A DNA stretch of 62,540 nt, the filler included, from Bonamia ostreae (taxonomy: Eukaryota): NCBI GenBank assembly GCA_040357525.1. It is 13 parts of 13 records of this genome, joined end to end, with 100 filler letters (N's around TTAATTAATTAA, not from the genome) between each part and the next. Parts side by side here need not be neighbours in the genome. Positions count along the whole stretch, not along the records: positions 1 to 4,766 come from JBDODL010000269.1; positions 4,867 to 9,626 come from JBDODL010000270.1; positions 9,727 to 14,479 come from JBDODL010000271.1; 10 more parts are not named here. One strand, 5' to 3'. Both the position numbers and the translations under genes were made by a program. The notes under the pieces were generated by a model. That model was not told the origin of the DNA. It was given only the letters and a program-made list of their open reading frames with translations, and did not search any database. This document shows positions 1 through 13,000 of the stretch, piece by piece. Numbering within the stretch: position 1 is the first letter of the stretch; each line of letters begins with the position of its first letter.

Positions 1-76
1 GCAAAATTTGACAAAATCTGTAAAAAATTGTCAAAGAATTCCAATTGACAATTGACAATTAAATTTCTAAAAATAG

Positions 77-203
77 AATTCAATGTCTCAGAGACATAAA
101 AACGTTTTTTGGGGTGATTTTTAAAATTAGCGAAGAAGATAAAAATGTCACTCTTTCTTGTAGAGGTGTCGGCTACAGTAATCTTCAAAGAGCGTGGGAT
201 TAA
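77..203 (+). CDS. RCL1: RNA 3'-terminal phosphate cyclase-like protein, last exon (5'-partial)
   Basis: After an AG acceptor at 75-76 it reads IQCLRDIKTFFGVIFKI...VTLSCRGVGYSNLQRAWD*, matching the Rcl1 C-terminal pattern (LRxxKxFFGxxF ... LSCxGxGYSN). Not in the ORF track. Confidence 0.75.
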
Positions 204-396
204 ATTTTTTGAAAATTTATCTGATTTATTTGCAAATTTAAATTGGTCTTTTATTCTAGTTTATAATCCAATTTTTGCAACACTAATAAGACATTTCACG
301 TTAAAATTTTTTACCACTTTTCAAGCTTTAACACTTACCGAAATACAATATATTTCCATTTGAAAACACAAAAATATTATATCGAAAACAGCTAAA

Positions 397-945
397 ATTG
401 CAAAGACAAAAATAACGGCTTCAAAATTGATTTTTAAAACATCCCATTTTAACGTCACGGACATTGACAAACTCAAAATATTAAACGTAAAATTAATTTT
501 AAGCTCAATTTTTTAGAAAGAGCTTTTTCCAGTTTCGTATTCCGACAAATTTTACAAAGCCATTTTAGAAGAAAAGTACATTATGATTTTGGTTTATTTG
601 AAAGGCGACGACGCGGAATTGATAGGAACCGCGACAGCTCGTGTCGAAAATGGCAGAATCGGTTATATTGCGACCATCGGCGTCAACTCAAAATACCGGA
701 AAAGAGGAATTGGCCAAAATCTGCTTAAAATTTTGGAAGAAGACTTGGTCCTTGTACACAAAGTCGAGAAAATTTATTTGCACGTGCACATTGAAAATGA
801 CGGAGCACTTTATTTTTACAAAAAAAGGGGGTACCGAATAACAAAGCGTATTCCAAATCTGTACAAATTTGTTAACAGGGATGAAAGACAGGACGCATTT
901 GAACTGGAGAAAAAGACTGTGACGCGGAATTGCGAATTATTATAA
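397..945 (+). CDS. GNAT N-terminal acetyltransferase (NAA50/NAA60-like); one 30-nt intron at 487-516; start codon uncertain (ATT at 397)
   Basis: Spliced product reads DIDKLKILN|KELFPVSYSDKFYK...YIATIGVNSKYRKRGIG...YLHVHIENDGALYFYKKRGY. It has the acetyl-CoA motif RxxGIG plus the NAA50-type FPVSY and YLHV motifs. Confidence 0.8.
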
Positions 946-1138
946 ATTTTTTTACAAATGATATTTTAACAATTTTTACTGTCTTCGATCACAACTTTGT
1001 TTTAATGGATTAAATCCAAAACATCCAATTTTTGAAAAATGGCGTTGTCCGTTTTAAATAGATTCAGAAATGTAAAATGGCGAGATCAAAATGGCGAGAT
1101 TAAAATGCAAAATTCAGCAATAATATTGTTAAATAACA

Positions 1139-1538
1139 ATGTCCCTCGTCCATCGTTTACAAAAGAGAAAGTTGAAAGAGAACAAATAGCAAATTAGATT
1201 TTCAATGCAACAACGAAGACTCAAATCTTGAAATCGTTCAGAACTATTCAAAAATGCTCTGATTGAAACAAGCAAACAGTTCTGCCATTACTACGTCAAC
1301 AGATTTGCACAGAATTACAAGATGAAAAAATCGATGAAAATTTTCTCGAAGATATAAAAACAATCGATGTAGTAAAACATTTTATATTTGAGAATTTTTG
1401 TACCTTTCAATCAAACTAGACTGCCCCGTCTGTAAAAATGGCAACATTGTTGAATGCAGGAGATGTGAAGAAATCAGAAAATACTTATTTTCTTTAGACA
1501 CAGAGGAAAAACAACGTAAAAAAACGATTTTAAGATGA
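1139..1538 (+). CDS. Small hypothetical protein with C-terminal CPVC...CxxC motif (putative zinc-binding); about 3 introns
   Basis: A reading frame can be joined with GT-AG introns, and the last exon encodes CPVCKNGNIVECRRCEE. No family was recognised with confidence. Confidence 0.35.
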
Positions 1539-1683
1539 AAACTTGGTATTAAAATCGTTTTGAGATTAATGCTGAAAAATAGTTTGAAAAATATATAAAA
1601 ACGACTTATTTCAGATTAAAGGATATTTTTGCAAAAGAGCCGAAGAACCGTTCGGGAGGAATATTTAAAAAAAAATGGTCTTT

Positions 1684-4402
1684 ATGTTCCTATTTCTGGT
1701 TTTCGCTTTGTCCATTTTCCAAACGAACACAGTGTTTTTTGATGGAATAGAAATTACTCGCATTTCAGAAAAACATTTTGGTTTCAATAAAATTAATTAA
1801 AAAATAAGTTTTCAATATCGGTTTCATAAATTTCAATTTCTAAAAATAAAGATGGCGTTTCTCGTTTTTTTGTTTTAAATAGAATATGTAATATGTACAT
1901 GTAAAAATCATTATTGCCAGTTAATATTCGACAAATAAAATTTTAAAAATGGTCCACATTTTGTTTGAAAATAAAGAACATTTGATATCGAGAAGAAATT
2001 GCAAAATATACAATTTTATAAATGAGATAACATGTCTTAGAAATGCCAATTTTGGAGAAATAGATGATTTTATCAAAAGCTATGTGGATTCAAGAAGATT
2101 CGAAATAGACGATCTTAACAATTTGGAACATCGAGAAAACGAAGTTGATGGGGACAATACAATCGATGATATTGAAATTGTCGATGAGAAAGGTCATTAT
2201 TCATTTGACATCAATATTATTATAAAAATTTTCAATATTGATCTTAAAAAATAGAAAAATCAAGATTAAACCACGCGAGAGAATATTTAAGAAGAATAAA
2301 CGGCGCAGTGATATATCCAAATAATGATGATGGAGAAAGGGACATCGATGTCAGATATTCTAATGACAAAGATGTGGAAAATAATAGGAGCGATACTGAA
2401 CACCAAATTGGGGAAGATGAGAACGGCGATGATTTAGAAATGCAAAACAGCAATGCGAATACTCATAATTTTAGAGACTATATTATGAATTTTCTTCGAG
2501 AAAAGAAAATTGAGTCTAGAAAAAATATTGAAACGATGAGCAACGTCGTTTCAATAATAATAAAATTTATTTTAAATAAAATTTGGCTAAGAAATTTAAT
2601 TTTAATCAAAGACATCTCAAATAGAAGAAAACACAAACAATAATGAAAATAACTCTGATGTAAGGATCAACAGCATCTACAGCGAAATACCTTCTTCATA
2701 TAATAGAATACAAAAAATGAGACTTGGAAATAATGAAAATGTAGCTTTGGATGTAGAAAACGATACAGAAAACTTTTATAAAGAAAATGATGAAAGAAAT
2801 ATTGCAGACAAAAATGTTGCAACAAATAGTTTGAAAAGGGGATTTATTAATGATGAAGTTGGTGGAGAATCAGATGGAGATGTGTTGGGAGAAATACAGA
2901 AAGGGTCATATGTTGATGCTGTTGAAGTTTCTTATGAAAACGGAAATGTTTACATTGATGAAGAACATGATAACAATAAATTAAAAAATTCCATCGCTGA
3001 ATCAAATGTTATCGATGAATTGCCAGTCTCAATGAACGAAGTGCAAGATAAGATTGATGGAAAAATTATCCAAAGTAGTTCAAAAGAAGTTGATGAAGGA
3101 CCATTATCAGTTAGCGAACGGAGTGACAACAATATAACAGACATTGACGACTCTGAATCAAATGTTATCGATGAATTACCTGTTTCAATGAACGAAGTGC
3201 AAGATAAGATTGATGGAGAAATTACTCAAAGTAGTGCAAAAGAAGTTGATAAAGTACCATTATCAGTTAGCGAACGGAGTGACAACAATATAACAGACAT
3301 TGACGACTCTNNNNNNNNNNNNNNNNNNNNNNNNNNNNNNNNNNNNNNNNNNNNNNNNNNNNNNNNNNNNNNNNNNNNNNNNNNNNNNNNNNNNNNNNNN
3401 NNNNNNNNNNTGTTATCGATGAATTACCTGTTTCAATGAACGAAGTGCAAGATAAGATTGATGGAAAAATTATCCAAAGTAGTTCAAAAGAAGTTGATGA
3501 AGGACCATTATCAGTTAGCGAACGGAGTGACAACAATATAACAGACATTGACGACTCTGAATCAAATGTTATCGATGAATTACCTGTTTCAATGAACGAA
3601 GTGCAAGATAAGATTGATGGAGAAATTATCCAAAGTAGTTCAAAAGAAGTTGATGAAGGACCATTGTCTTTTAACGAAGTACAAGATGATGTTGAATTTA
3701 ATAACGATGTGGCGAATGTTAGTAATGATTTGCCATTTTCAAGATACGTTGCACAAAATAGAATTAAAAAAGGAATCGTCGGCATTATTGGAGTACAAGA
3801 TAAAAACGAAGTACAAGTTAATGACTTTGAGGCAAATAATATTGATGAAGTACCTGTTTCAATAAATAAAGACGTGAAAACAGATGGAAAATATAATGGT
3901 AATAGTCCTTTAAGTACTTCAAATCAAAAAAATAATATTGATCCAAACAAAATTTATGAAAACAAACAAGAAAAGATGAACAACAATGGAAATTTTGATA
4001 CGAACAATGAAACTGAAATTATTAACAGTGAGAATATTGATACAAAAAACTCTGTTTTCGTTATAACAATTTGAAATTATAACAACCTTATTAAAATTTT
4101 TAATTACATGTTTGTACAAAGAATTTGGAGCCCTTGCAATTAAGCAATCTTGATTATACGAATGTTGTTGAAAATGAAGATGATTTTATAAATTCTTTGA
4201 ATGGATATGTCGGTGAAGGTTTTATATTTTTATGTGCATATTCAATTTTATTTTTATTTAAATAGCGTACTCAAAAGCTATTTTTGAGCCAAAAAACGAA
4301 GTTGAAATCAATGAAGTTGAGAGTTTGAGTATTCTTGAAGATTCGATAGCTGTTTTTGTTAATATGGATTACGCCATTTTCATCGTTTTGGCAATGTGTT
4401 GA
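1684..4402 (+). CDS. Acidic, Asn/Asp-rich putative surface or secreted protein with 52-aa tandem repeats; multi-exon
   Basis: N-terminus MFLFLVFALSIFQT looks like a signal peptide. ORFs at 1949-4074 are consecutive exons. The C-terminus is hydrophobic (IAVFVNMDYAIFIVLAMC*), resembling a GPI signal or TM tail. Exon joins are inferred. Confidence 0.55.
2997..3680 (+). repeat. Coding tandem repeat, 156-bp (52-aa) unit, spanning a scaffold gap
   Basis: ATCAAATGTTATCGATGAATT recurs at 3001 and 3157. The unit encodes ESNVIDELPVSMNEVQDKIDG...DNNITDIDDS. Confidence 0.9.
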
Positions 4403-4766
4403 GATTAAAAACATGTATATTTTGTAATGATAATATTGATCCAATTACATGTTTTAGTTGGTCACCAAATTTTTACGGAAATTTTGACTGAAAAACAGCA
4501 TCTTCAAATTTTAACTTTTCTTTTTCTGTTCTCACTCGAAATTTGTTGCTCTAATTAATTTTTGTGAGTTACTTATCCCCCTCTTAAAAACGTCTCTTTC
4601 TGGTTTCAGAAATCGATTGCATTTTTATTTAACCAGCTCAAAGGGAGATAATGCAATGGCACCAACTCCCAACTAAAACCACCCGACATTTTATACAGAA
4701 AATTTGTGATTTACTGTCCATGTTTAATAAAGTTTCGCCATTACACATTTACGTTGCATTCCAGTA

Positions 4767-4866
4767 NNNNNNNNNNNNNNNNNNNNNNNNNNNNNNNNNN
4801 NNNNNNNNNNTTAATTAATTAANNNNNNNNNNNNNNNNNNNNNNNNNNNNNNNNNNNNNNNNNNNN
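4767..4866. other. Artificial contig-joining linker (first of 12)
   Basis: N44-TTAATTAATTAA-N44, which has stops in all six frames. Others start at 9627, 14480, 19328, 24160, 28985, 33806, 38618, 43422, 48216, 53006 and 57784. Contig lengths decrease monotonically. Confidence 0.97.
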
Positions 4867-6817
4867 AACCATCTCATCTGCCAAGATTCCATTAATGGAA
4901 TGTTCGTACAGATTAACCAACCAGTTCAACCCTTTTGACTTAAGTTTTATTGTTTATTTAACTTGATATGATTTTAGACTTCCGACAAACATTTCCGGTT
5001 CTTTTATATTTGTCATTGTTGGCATTGTCGACGGATTTAATAAATCAATTTCAGTCTATTTAATCACAAATTCGATAAAAAACAATATTTTCGTCTTCTC
5101 CGATTTTCTGATAAGATTTATTTCCGGAAACTTCTGTGATTTCCTTTTCGAAAGCTTTTGCCTTCTTTTTCCGCCGATTCATGAACTCGATCGCTGCTTT
5201 GGCCGCTTTTGTGTCATCCTTCGTCGATTCCAAATCGCTTTTGGGCTCTTTTTCCTCTTCTTTCTTGTTTCCTTTCAGTTTGTCGAGATCGATGCCCATT
5301 CTTGCTCCGATAAAATGACTGAATATCTCCGTCTAATTTTGGAAAATTTTAACTTGTCTCAAAAGAAAATCGAGTCTTTGGCTTTGTCTCTTCACTTCTT
5401 TCTCGCTGTGAACTAAGATTAGTATTAAGACGTTATTATAGTCAAGAATGTTTTTTATCATTAAAATCTGTTATTAATATTTGGNNNNNNNNNNNNNNNN
5501 NNNNNNNNNNNNNNNNNNNNNNNNNNNNNNNNNNNNNNNNNNNNNNNNNNNNNNNNNNNNNNNNNNNNNNNNNNNNNNNNNNNNCCAAAATAAATTTTCC
5601 ATTAAAATCTGTTATTAATATTTGGCCAAAATAAATTTTCCATTAAAATCTGTTATTAATATTTGGCCAAAATAAATTTTTTCTCATAAAAATTGGTTTT
5701 TTTAATAAATATTTGGCCAAAAAAATGAAAAGTCATTTTCTGAACAAAAACATTTTTTGCGCTCGGTTATGATATCCTTCGTCCGTTTGCGTTTGGTGTC
5801 ACCGCCTTCGCGATCAACTTTCCGCCAGAAAGTCTGCATTTCGTAAACGATCTTTCGCGCGCGGCTGTGAATCTCTTTCGCGTTCGGGAGTTCGTATCGT
5901 CTCCTCAACAACACACAAGCCGATTCAGCGAGCACTTTGTGCTGTTTCTGTTTGGTTTCGAATATCGAAACGCGTTGATTGAAATTTCTTTTTAAAATTT
6001 AATTTGGAAACTTTCTGATTTCTCTTTTGACAATGTCGCGCCAAGCGACTCTGGAAAATTCAAATCTGATTTTCTTTCTGTTTTCAAGTTCTTTTCCGGA
6101 CAAATTCTAATTCAAATTTAAGATTAAACATTGTCAGAAACGTAATTTGAATCCCATTTGTGAAAAAGAGTGTCGACGACGAGACTGACGGCTTTCCGTT
6201 TTTTCAGGTTTCTGAACCGATTGTCGCGGTGCTGGAAGCTTTTCTTGCTGAGAACGACCGATTGCGCGTCTTCTTTCGGGAGCACTTCTTGGAATTCGGG
6301 GACTATGGCAAACCCGTCGTTCGAAATGTCGAACGCGGCATAATTTTGTTTTTGGGGAATGTAGATGTGTTCGTCGTTGACCGTGACGGAAAAGGAGAGC
6401 GGCGCTATTTTCTCGTCTTCCGTTTCCCCGTCGCTGTCGAGGGAGGCCAATTCGGCCGAATCGAAAGAAAAACAAGTCGACGTGGCGGAATAAAGTAGGT
6501 CGGGATTTTTTTCTAAGTGCTTTTCGCCAAATTTAAAGCCCATTTTCGGGGTCTTTTTTGGAAAAGCTTTTGTGTCCGAATATGTTTTTCGGGGGGCTTT
6601 GTTCTGTTTCCTCTTTGTTTTGGCCTCGGCGAAGAGGGAGTTCAGTTTTTGGAGATGTTCTTTTTTCGCTTCAAACATTTCATCGTCGAATTCTTTATGG
6701 GGAGTCCATTTGAAGTAATATTTGCCGTCTTTGAGGTTTTTGAGCGAAACCTGATTTCGGCGAAGGAACTGAATCGATATTCGTAAAAGATAATATGGGA
6801 TTCCTCAAACTCGCCAT
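4867..6817 (-). CDS. INO80: INO80 chromatin-remodelling ATPase, N-terminal part with DBINO domain (3'-partial)
   Basis: Spliced motifs WRDIVKREI, RARKIVYEMQTFWRK and EVKRQSQRLDFLLRQ|TEIFSHFIG match the DBINO/HSA region. Introns are 19-24 nt, plus one expanded by repeats. Confidence 0.8.
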
Positions 6818-6893
6818 TTTTCTAATTTTAAGTGTTTAGATATTAGCGATCTTTTATATAAATTTGCGACATATTAGTTTTGAAGCTATTTGA

Positions 6894-8380
6894 ATGTCCA
6901 AAAACTATGTCGATGCTGGTTCGGTAGTACAGAATGTTTTGGATGGCAAAGGTTTAAAGGCGGAGTTAACAAGGTTTAACAACCAAAACGTCACTTTGTT
7001 GGCCACAGAAACATTAAAATGTTTTTGTCCCAAATTTAAGATATATTTGTTCTAGACTCTTTGTTCAAAAATTCAGGCTTTTTGAAAAAAGTAAAGCTCG
7101 TGCGGGTTTTCCTTTTATGCAATTTTAGTCGAAAATTTTAGTTTCGGTCGTAATGGTATATGATCTGTGTTTGGGCCAAGGGAAGATAACAGGCGGCGGA
7201 AAAATAAAAAAATTAATTTATTCTCACCAAAACTCTTTAAAAACGAGTTTAAGCCGAATAAAGATAAGTTGCGGAGCCGTTAATAACGAAGATCTTATTC
7301 CCAAAGAAATAAAAAATTACAGTTTTGCTTCTAATCACAAAAGACCAAATGAAGATTTATGGCAAAGTGCACAAACAAAATCTACTTTATTCGAGATTAA
7401 AATCCGACGAACTAAAATTCGACGACTTTATTCCCGATTTGTTGATTTTGGATCGGAATGCAATAGCTCGCAACAAATCTTTAAAACTGCTCATCGAAGA
7501 AGGCGCCATCGTCGTACAAGTTGCTATCCAACAAAGAAACTTTTTTAAAGGACAAATCAAGTTGTTTTCCTGTTTTCGCGCTAAAAAAATTGGGATTCGG
7601 CGAAGGTGACATTATTGACGCTTGCGCTGCTCCGGGCAACAAGTCATTACAGCTGTCAAACAGTTTTAAAAAAAGCAGAATATTTTCCTTCGAAATTAAC
7701 TCCAATCGCTTCAAAACGCTGAAAAAACGTCTTTCAATCCAAAACACAAAAAACGTTTTTGCCAGAAACGTAGATTTTTTGAATGTTGAACATACTCAAT
7801 ATTCCACAGCAAAGTTTTACAAATTACGTAAAGAGCGATTTTGATTGATCCGTCGTGTTCCGGCTCTGGGACCATTTTCAGGAATATCGATCAATGGGTG
7901 CAACGTAAACTCAAAACGGAGAATGAGTTGCGCCAAGAAGTTTTTGGATAAAATTTTTCTGAAAAAGATGAACAAATACAGCAAACTACAATACAAACTT
8001 GTTTGCCACGCAATGAAGTTTCCAAATGTCGATTTGATAATCTATTCGACTTGTTCTGTCAAAGAGGAAGAAAATGAAAAAGTCGTCAAAAAAATTTTGC
8101 AAAATCACGAACATTTCGGTCTTGTCAAAATTTTGCCAAAATGGAAGAGAAGAGCTTTCAAAAACTATTTTAATTGTTCTATCAAACAAAAATCGTCCTT
8201 GTTAAAAATTTAGGGGAAATGATGGTCAGAGTTGATCACATTGAAGATGAAACAGGTGGATTTTTTGTAGCAGGTTTTGTAAGAAAAAAGAGTGGCAATA
8301 ATTTGGATTGCTCTAAAAATTGCATTTTCGCCGATGAGAAAAAAATCTTTTATAAAAAATTGAGGTTATTTGATAAATAA
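6894..8380 (+). CDS. NSUN5: 25S/28S rRNA m5C methyltransferase (NSUN5/Rcm1)
   Basis: Motifs LATETLKY, VYDLCLG, Q|DKSSCFP, IDACAAPGNKS, ILIDPSCSGSG, IYSTCSVKEEENE and TGGFFVAGF. About 7 small introns. Confidence 0.9.
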
Positions 8381-8912
8381 CCTTTTTGAAAATTTCCGAT
8401 CGATTCTTATTTCTGCTTTTGATGAAGCTTGATTCTACTTCTTTACATTTATTCTTTTTTCGTAAAAATTCGGTTGATCCTTTTTTTAGAAAATCGCTTC
8501 TATTCAAATTTTCCAACTTTTTAATTTAGATTTTTGGATTTTGATTATTTTCAGACCGCTGAAGATTATATGAATTTAGTCGTAATTTTCAAATAACGGG
8601 TTCAAAATAGAATTAATATAAAAAATCTTCAAAATTATGGAAGGACAAAAAACTTAACAAATGTTAAAATGCTAAAACGACATATTTTCGCAAAGGATGA
8701 AATTGAAAATTTTGAGATTTGATTAAATCTTTATTGACTAAAAATAAAGAATCATCGTTTGAAATTTTTATTAAAGTTTTATATTCCATGATGTCAAGCC
8801 ACTGTACATTAATAAAAAATTACATCTAAAGCTAATTTTCAATATAAAAAATTTATATGCAGTAGAAGTAATATTAAACAAAAAGTAAAAAGCTAAGTTA
8901 TAATAAAACGAG

Positions 8913-9335
8913 ATGTCCAAAAGAGCGAAAAAAGGAGCACAAGGAAATAAACTTAAAACTTCAAACGGCCTACCCGTCGGAGCACTTATTAATTGCGCCG
9001 ACAATTCAGGCGCTAAAAATCTTTGCATCATTGGAGTACTCGGCCGTTCCGGAAGAATGAATCGGCTCAATAGCGCATCCGTCGGAGACTTAGTCGTTTG
9101 CACAGTCAAGAAAGGAGTGCCCAAGCTTCGGAAGAAAGTGTTCCGCGCCGTCGTTACAAGACAAAGAAAAATGTTCCGTCGCGAAAACGGCGGATTTGTT
9201 TGCTTTGAAGACAACGCCGGTGTGCTCCTTAACACTGAAAAAACGATGCTTGGATCCGTTATTAATGGCCCGGTCGCCAAAGAAGCCGCTGACTTGTGGC
9301 CTAAAATCGCAAGCGCCGCAAGTTCTATCATGTAA
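8913..9335 (+). CDS. RPL23: 60S ribosomal protein L23 (uL14), intronless
   Basis: [26 protein letters not shown] and [16 protein letters not shown] are strongly conserved. Confidence 0.98.
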   Translation: MSKRAKKGAQGNKLKTSNGLPVGALINCADNSGAKNLCIIGVLGRSGRMNRLNSASVGDLVVCTVKKGVPKLRKKVFRAVVTRQRKMFRRENGGFVCFEDNAGVLLNTEKTMLGSVINGPVAKEAADLWPKIASAASSIM

Positions 9336-9367
9336 GTCGATAAATAACCATACTACATATTCTAATA

Positions 9368-9626
9368 TTTGCGATCTACATATTCCATTTTAAAACGGAT
9401 TCGCAATAATTTAACGTTTTTGTTACAAAACAGCGATTGCGATCTACATATTCCATTTAAAACGGATTCGCAATAATTAAACGTCTTTGTTACAAAACAG
9501 CGATTGCGATCTACATATTCCATTTTAAAACGGATTCGCAACAATTAAACGTCTTTGTTACAAAACAGCGATTGCGATCTACATATTCCATTTTAAAACG
9601 GATTCGCAATAATTTAACGTTTTTGT
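9368..9626. repeat. Tandem repeat, ~68-bp unit, about 4 copies, running to the contig end
   Basis: GCGATCTACATATTCCATTT recurs at 9371, 9439, 9506 and 9574. Confidence 0.9.
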
Positions 9627-10016
9627 NNNNNNNNNNNNNNNNNNNNNNNNNNNNNNNNNNNNNNNNNNNNTTAATTAATTAANNNNNNNNNNNNNNNNNN
9701 NNNNNNNNNNNNNNNNNNNNNNNNNNATATTATAAAAAAATTACAATATTTTTCAATAATGTCGTTTTTAATTTTAATAATTTAAACAATTTTAAAAATT
9801 GATAAATATTTTCTCTTATAAAAATAATATCTTCGATCATTTCAATTATCGAAATTAATTTTTTTAGTCTCCATTTTTATTTGTGAAATTTTTAAAACTG
9901 TCGTTTTATTGATTTGTCTTTTTTGAATTTTATATTAAAATATTTTGTCCTTTAAAGAAGCAAATATTTGTCGTTTTTGATTTGTACGACGGTAAAAATT
10001 AATCGGCAAAATCTAT

Positions 10017-13000
10017 TTATTCACTCGACGAATTTTCAACGTCAGAAATCTCAAGCACTTCCATGCTCCCTTCTCCTTCCTTCTTGTCAGCTTCGATCTT
10101 TTCAGGCTCTGAGATTATTTCAATCTTTTCCGATCTTTTCTCTTGCCCACTATTCGTTCTTTCCAGGAACGCGATTTCCGAATTTTCGGATTGTGAAGAT
10201 TTAAGATCGCTTGTCGTTTCGACTACTTTTAAAGGTTCGATTTCGACAATGTCGTTTTTTGACTTTTCAAGTTTTTGCTTTTCGATCTCTGTCAACGCGG
10301 GCGGCGAAATCGTTGCGTCGCCTTTCTTCTCTTTATCGGAGCCGCCTAAAAACGGTCCTCGGCTGAAATCAAAAATATCCGGAACAGCTTCAAATTTGAT
10401 TTCTTTTTCGGAGTTGTCCTCCGTTTTACGATCATTTTTAGTTTTCTTATAAAAATCTTCATATCCGCCAAACGAAAGCTCCGTCGGGTTTTTCTGATTG
10501 TCCGTAAATGGATTTATCGCTTTTTCGGTCATTTCTTTTGTTTCTGTTTTGAAAGCGTTGTTCGGTTTTGTGTCAAATTTGAAGATATTTTCGACGTCGT
10601 TTTCGTCAATTTTGGCGATATTTTTGACATCTTTTTCGTAAAAATTTTCGTTTTTTGTCGTTGTCAATTTTTCTTCATTGGCCATTTTATTGATCGTCGG
10701 AGCCAAATTAATCTCGTCGTTTTCGACCTGATCAGCGATCACAATATTCGCGCTTTCTTTCTTCTCGTTATTCGTTGTTGACAATGCCGCCAAATCTGCT
10801 TTCCGCTCTTCCATGTTACCAGTTCCCAAATCCTTTTTGCCAAAGTCTTTATTTTCACTAAAGAGAAAATTTTGTTTGTTTTCCAAATTATTGAAATTCG
10901 GTTCAGCGATTTTGATGTCCTTTTTACCGAAAAATTGATCTTCATTCGATCTGTCAAATTTTCTCTTTTCGGCCGTTTTCGCGAAATTGCCGACCGTTTT
11001 TTGGGAATCGTTTATCGGAAGATTGGCCAAAGTGGTTTTTGGGATTGGTTTTCGGATGAGAGTTTTTTTGGCGTCGTTCGGCGACGGGTTTGAAGTGGAT
11101 TCGTTTTCTCTTTGTTTAATCGCTTTGAATGAGCGAAGTCGTTTTGCAGCAGTTTCGGCGTTGCGCTTGTGAATGTTGCTCGTTTCCTTCTCTTCGTCAA
11201 GCTTTAATTACAAATGATAATTAGCTAAATTTTGGTTTAATTTTTTTAAGAATAATTTTTTGCGGATTTTAAATTTTTTTTTAATTTGTTTCTTTTCGAA
11301 TTCGAAATTTTGTTTATGCGAAATGAAACCAAAAAGTCAGTTTTTTGAGCCAACATCTTAAATTTCTCAAGTTCAAAAACAACTCGATCTGTTTTCTCTC
11401 GCATTTCAGTAACAACTTTTTCGTTCTCTTTTTGCTCTTCTTTCAATTTGACCAAGTCTCTTTGAAGTGTCAGTCTTTCTCTCAGAAGAGCGCTGTGACC
11501 TTCTCGCAATCGGTCACATTCTTTTTTGAGATCTTCGTCTTTTTTAGAGTTTTCCAAAGAACGTCGAGCTTCCGTCAAATTGTATTTGAGCGCGTTTTCG
11601 GCTTTTTTCAAGGATTCGATTTCTTTTTGGAGGAGTTTCGATTGGTTTTCGATTTCAGCGGATTCTCTTTTCGCTGCCAATAACGCTTTTTTGTTGTTTT
11701 CGAGTTCCGATTGTAGTCTTTTGTGATCTTCGGGATCAATCTAAAATTTTGAAATTAGAATAAAACATATTTTCGCTTTTTAGTCTTCAACAAAAATAAC
11801 AAAAATTTTGCTTTTAAGAAAAATTTTAAACGGCGTTGCTTTTTTCGAGAATGCGCATACAACGTTTTTCCCAATCTTTGATCATTTTTTCTCTACTTTC
11901 AAGACGCATCGACAGAAGAGAGTTTTCCTCTTTCAACGAAGCGATTTTTTTGGTGTTCGGAATTTCGGCTTCTTCGAGTTTATTGATGCGCTTATCCAAT
12001 TCTCTTTTTTGTAGCGACTGCAATCTTATCTCTTCGCGCAAAGATTTATTGTTATCTTTCAGAACCTATTTTTGTCAATCTTTAGTTATTGTCGGTTTTC
12101 GCAAAAATCATTTTTTTATAAACGGATATCTGTAAGTTCAAATCTTCCGATATTTCCGAGTTGTTTTCAAAAGCTTTAAGACGCGTTTTTTCTGAAATTG
12201 CCTTTTCCAACTCATTTTTTAAACTTTCAGTTAATGTTTTGTTTATATCTCTTTCTCGTTTCAAACTTAAAATTTTGTTTTATCAAATTTTGACTATTTT
12301 ATTGAACAAGTTTATTAAACTATTTTATTGGACAATTATTGTAAAATGAAAATTCAAACTTTTCAAGTTGTTTTTCCGATTTGCCAGAACGTAGTTCCAG
12401 AAAGCTTTGTTCCTTTCTTGCATCCGCCAACAATTTTTTGTAATTCTCCAAACTTTTGCTTTCATCGCGTGAACTTTCCGCATTGCTATTTTCCGAATTG
12501 ACGACATTTTTATCTTTTGAGCGCAAATAACGATTTAGAGAATTGGTCCGATCTAATTCATCCAAAATAAGATCGGCTTTCTTTTTATTCTCTTTTAAAG
12601 CTTCTTTTAGATATTTGTTTTCTTCTACTTTTTCATCAAATTTGGCATTCGAGGCGTTTTTATTGGAATTATTTTGTTTCAAAAGCTCCGAATTTTGAAT
12701 TTCCAAATTTGTAATTTGAATTTTTAGACTTTCTTTCTCTTTTTTGATTAATATTGATATTTTTTGAGATAAATTTTGACATCATTTTTTAAGATAAATT
12801 TTGACATTTTTTAAAGAAATTTTTAAAAGCAAAACCAGAACTCGAATTTCTCATTTTTTCGACTGTTTTCCCATGTCTTTCGACTTCGTTTTCGTAGTCT
12901 TTTATAACAGCCATTTTTTCTTTTTTCGCCAAAACCAAATCGTTTTCCAATCTGACTATTTTTTTGTTGATATTTTGCTCAATCTCGATTTTGCTTTTCC

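Noticed and set aside
4557-4766. Compositionally distinct contig-end sequence, possibly a mobile-element fragment
   Set aside because: No recognisable motif, ORF or terminal repeat.
9368-9626. Tandem arrays here and at 61803-62060 as CRISPR-like arrays
   Set aside because: The units repeat in full with no unique spacers, there are no cas genes, and the context is eukaryotic.
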